The notes beneath the pieces were generated by a model. It was not told where the DNA came from and searched no databases. It was given only the letters and a program-made list of their open reading frames with translations. Position numbers and translations under genes: made by a program. A stretch of 64,000 bases of DNA from an uncultured Alphaproteobacteria bacterium (GTDB taxonomy: Bacteria; Pseudomonadota; Alphaproteobacteria; Rhodobacterales; Rhodobacteraceae): the NCBI GenBank assembly GCA_963798385.1, contig CAWCTE010000006.1, positions 18,646-82,645 on the forward strand, given 5' to 3'. Positions within the stretch are counted from its first letter, which is position 1. Each line of letters begins with the position of its first letter. This document shows positions 62,650 through 64,000 of the stretch, one piece after another.

Positions 62650-63000
62650 GGCTCCGCCGCCAGCTCACCGCGAGTGGGACGCTGAAGGCGTTCGACTGGC
62701 AGCTGAAGAGAAGGGCTATATCCCGATGTCGGGCCAGATCGTCGATGCCAGCCTGGTGCCGGCACCGAAGCAGCGCAACACCGAGGCCGAAAAGGCAGCG
62801 ATCAAGGTCGGCAAGGCAGCCGGCGAGATCTGGCCAGACGAGCCGAACAAAGCCGCCCAAAAGGACATCAACGCCCGCTGGACGCTGAAGATCGGCGGCA
62901 AGGTCCGCAATCGTCCGGACGGCACGCCCCTGCCGATGATCGCGGTGCCGGCCTTCGGCTACAAGTGCCATATCTAGATCGATCGCAGGTTCGGCTTTAC
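62650..63000 (+). mobile_element. IS5 family transposase central remnant
   Basis: GYIPMSGQIVDASLVPAPKQRN, QKDINARWTLK, FGYKCHI followed by a stop. Confidence 0.85.
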
Positions 63001-63197
63001 GGAACGGCCCCCGAACACGTAACGAAAGGTCATCGCTGATGCCGGAGGCGGTCCTGATGGGGGCGGGAGGCTTGCACCGGTCCCCGCCCCGATGACGGAA
63101 AGGCCACCTGTTCATCGCACCGATCGCGGCCTATGGCGAGGCTCTCCTCGCCTATGAGAGGACCGTGCGTAAAGGCCGGGCGGGCAGGCGGGCTAAG

Positions 63198-63601
63198 CCG
63201 CCGCCGTGAGAGATATGTCGCCAGCATGTACATGGCCGTCCAAAGGTCGGAATTGACGGCGTTCGGCCGCGCCTTCCTCGCAGTCCTCAACATGTCGAGC
63301 CAGCCGAGTTCCTCCTCGCGCAGAACGCCGCCGAGTACTTTTTCGATCACGCTCCAGATCTCCGGGTAGTACTCCTGTACGGCGGTTGTAACGAACGGCA
63401 CCGCCGGGACGCCGCATGCGGCCGCAAGCGCCGGGATCTCTTCTGGACAGGCACCTTGGAGGTCCCCTTCTGCATCATCGAGAGGACGTTCGTTCTGGAA
63501 AGCCGACTTCGTCGCAGATCTGACGCGGTGTCTTCTGGGACACGGACGATCGCCTTGGACAGATGTTCAGCAGTCGGGCTCTTCTTGGGGACGGTTGACA
63601 T
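63198..63601 (-). pseudogene. Degenerate XRE-like HTH regulator (contains repeat copy 2, 63198-63416)
   Basis: Threaded across frames: SPTAEHLSKAI / SQKTPRQICDEVGF / NVLSMMQKGTSKVPV / IPALAAACGVP..QEYYPEIW. Confidence 0.55.
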
Positions 63602-64000
63602 AGTGTTAGCTCCAGAAAATGTCTGCAATTCAATTATAGCGTTCACTTTTACTGCCATGATTGTTTCTGGCGACGGGGAAGCAAATTTTTTTGAGAAAGT
63701 TCTGGAGTGAGTTGATTTTACCTTCGACGCAGCGAATGAATTGCCAATAAAGCCGCGCTCGGCGCCCAGGCGCTGGCCGTCCTGCGGCCAAATCACCGCC
63801 GACATCACCCAAGAGTTCGACCGAGGGCTTGCGACGAACGCGCGACGGACCGCCGGACGGGACCCAGATGGGAAGGTCTTTTGGTCTGGGTTCCCGAGGC
63901 GGTGATTGGTTCGAGTCACCTAACGATTTGCGGATCTGCGGAAGGCTGCCGGGCCCGGTCCGATCAGACAGGTGCAGAACGACGCGAACTTCCGAAACCG

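Noticed and set aside
1-64000. CRISPR array, rRNA, prophage or conjugation genes
   Set aside because: No repeat-spacer periodicity or matching motifs were seen; the repeats found are iterons, palindromes or coding duplications.

Overview
GC-rich alphaproteobacterial DNA (Rhodobacteraceae-like by gene content). Most of the window (about 1.4-58.8 kb) is one large surface-polysaccharide/protein-sorting locus. It holds exosortase XrtD with a VPLPA-CTERM-type substrate, a TPR lipoprotein, an outer-membrane beta-barrel, Wza, a split Wzc, an ExeA-like ATPase, a priming sugar transferase, a Wzy/ligase, a PglK-like ABC flippase, many GT2/GT4 enzymes, Ugd, UDP-GlcA epimerase and decarboxylase, and acyl-, methyl- and sulfotransferase-like and deacetylase genes. 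Embedded in it are an iteron plasmid replicon (RPA-family repA, origin with a DnaA box, parA, parB, three parS-like palindromes) and tRNA-Ser(GGA). The right end is an IS graveyard with a parDE-like module. The most unusual elements are: (1) a GT2-Kelch-GT4 fusion whose Kelch and GT4 parts resemble, from memory, two separate uncharacterised plant protein families; (2) two phosphatase-less ribofuranosyltransferase-like paralogs plus a separate PRT-HAD protein; (3) an LbH acyltransferase-FkbH-ACP operon; (4) a BLUF protein and several CtrA-like boxes inside the locus. Many genes carry single-base frameshifts, most likely assembly errors. All family calls are from motif recognition; no searches were run.
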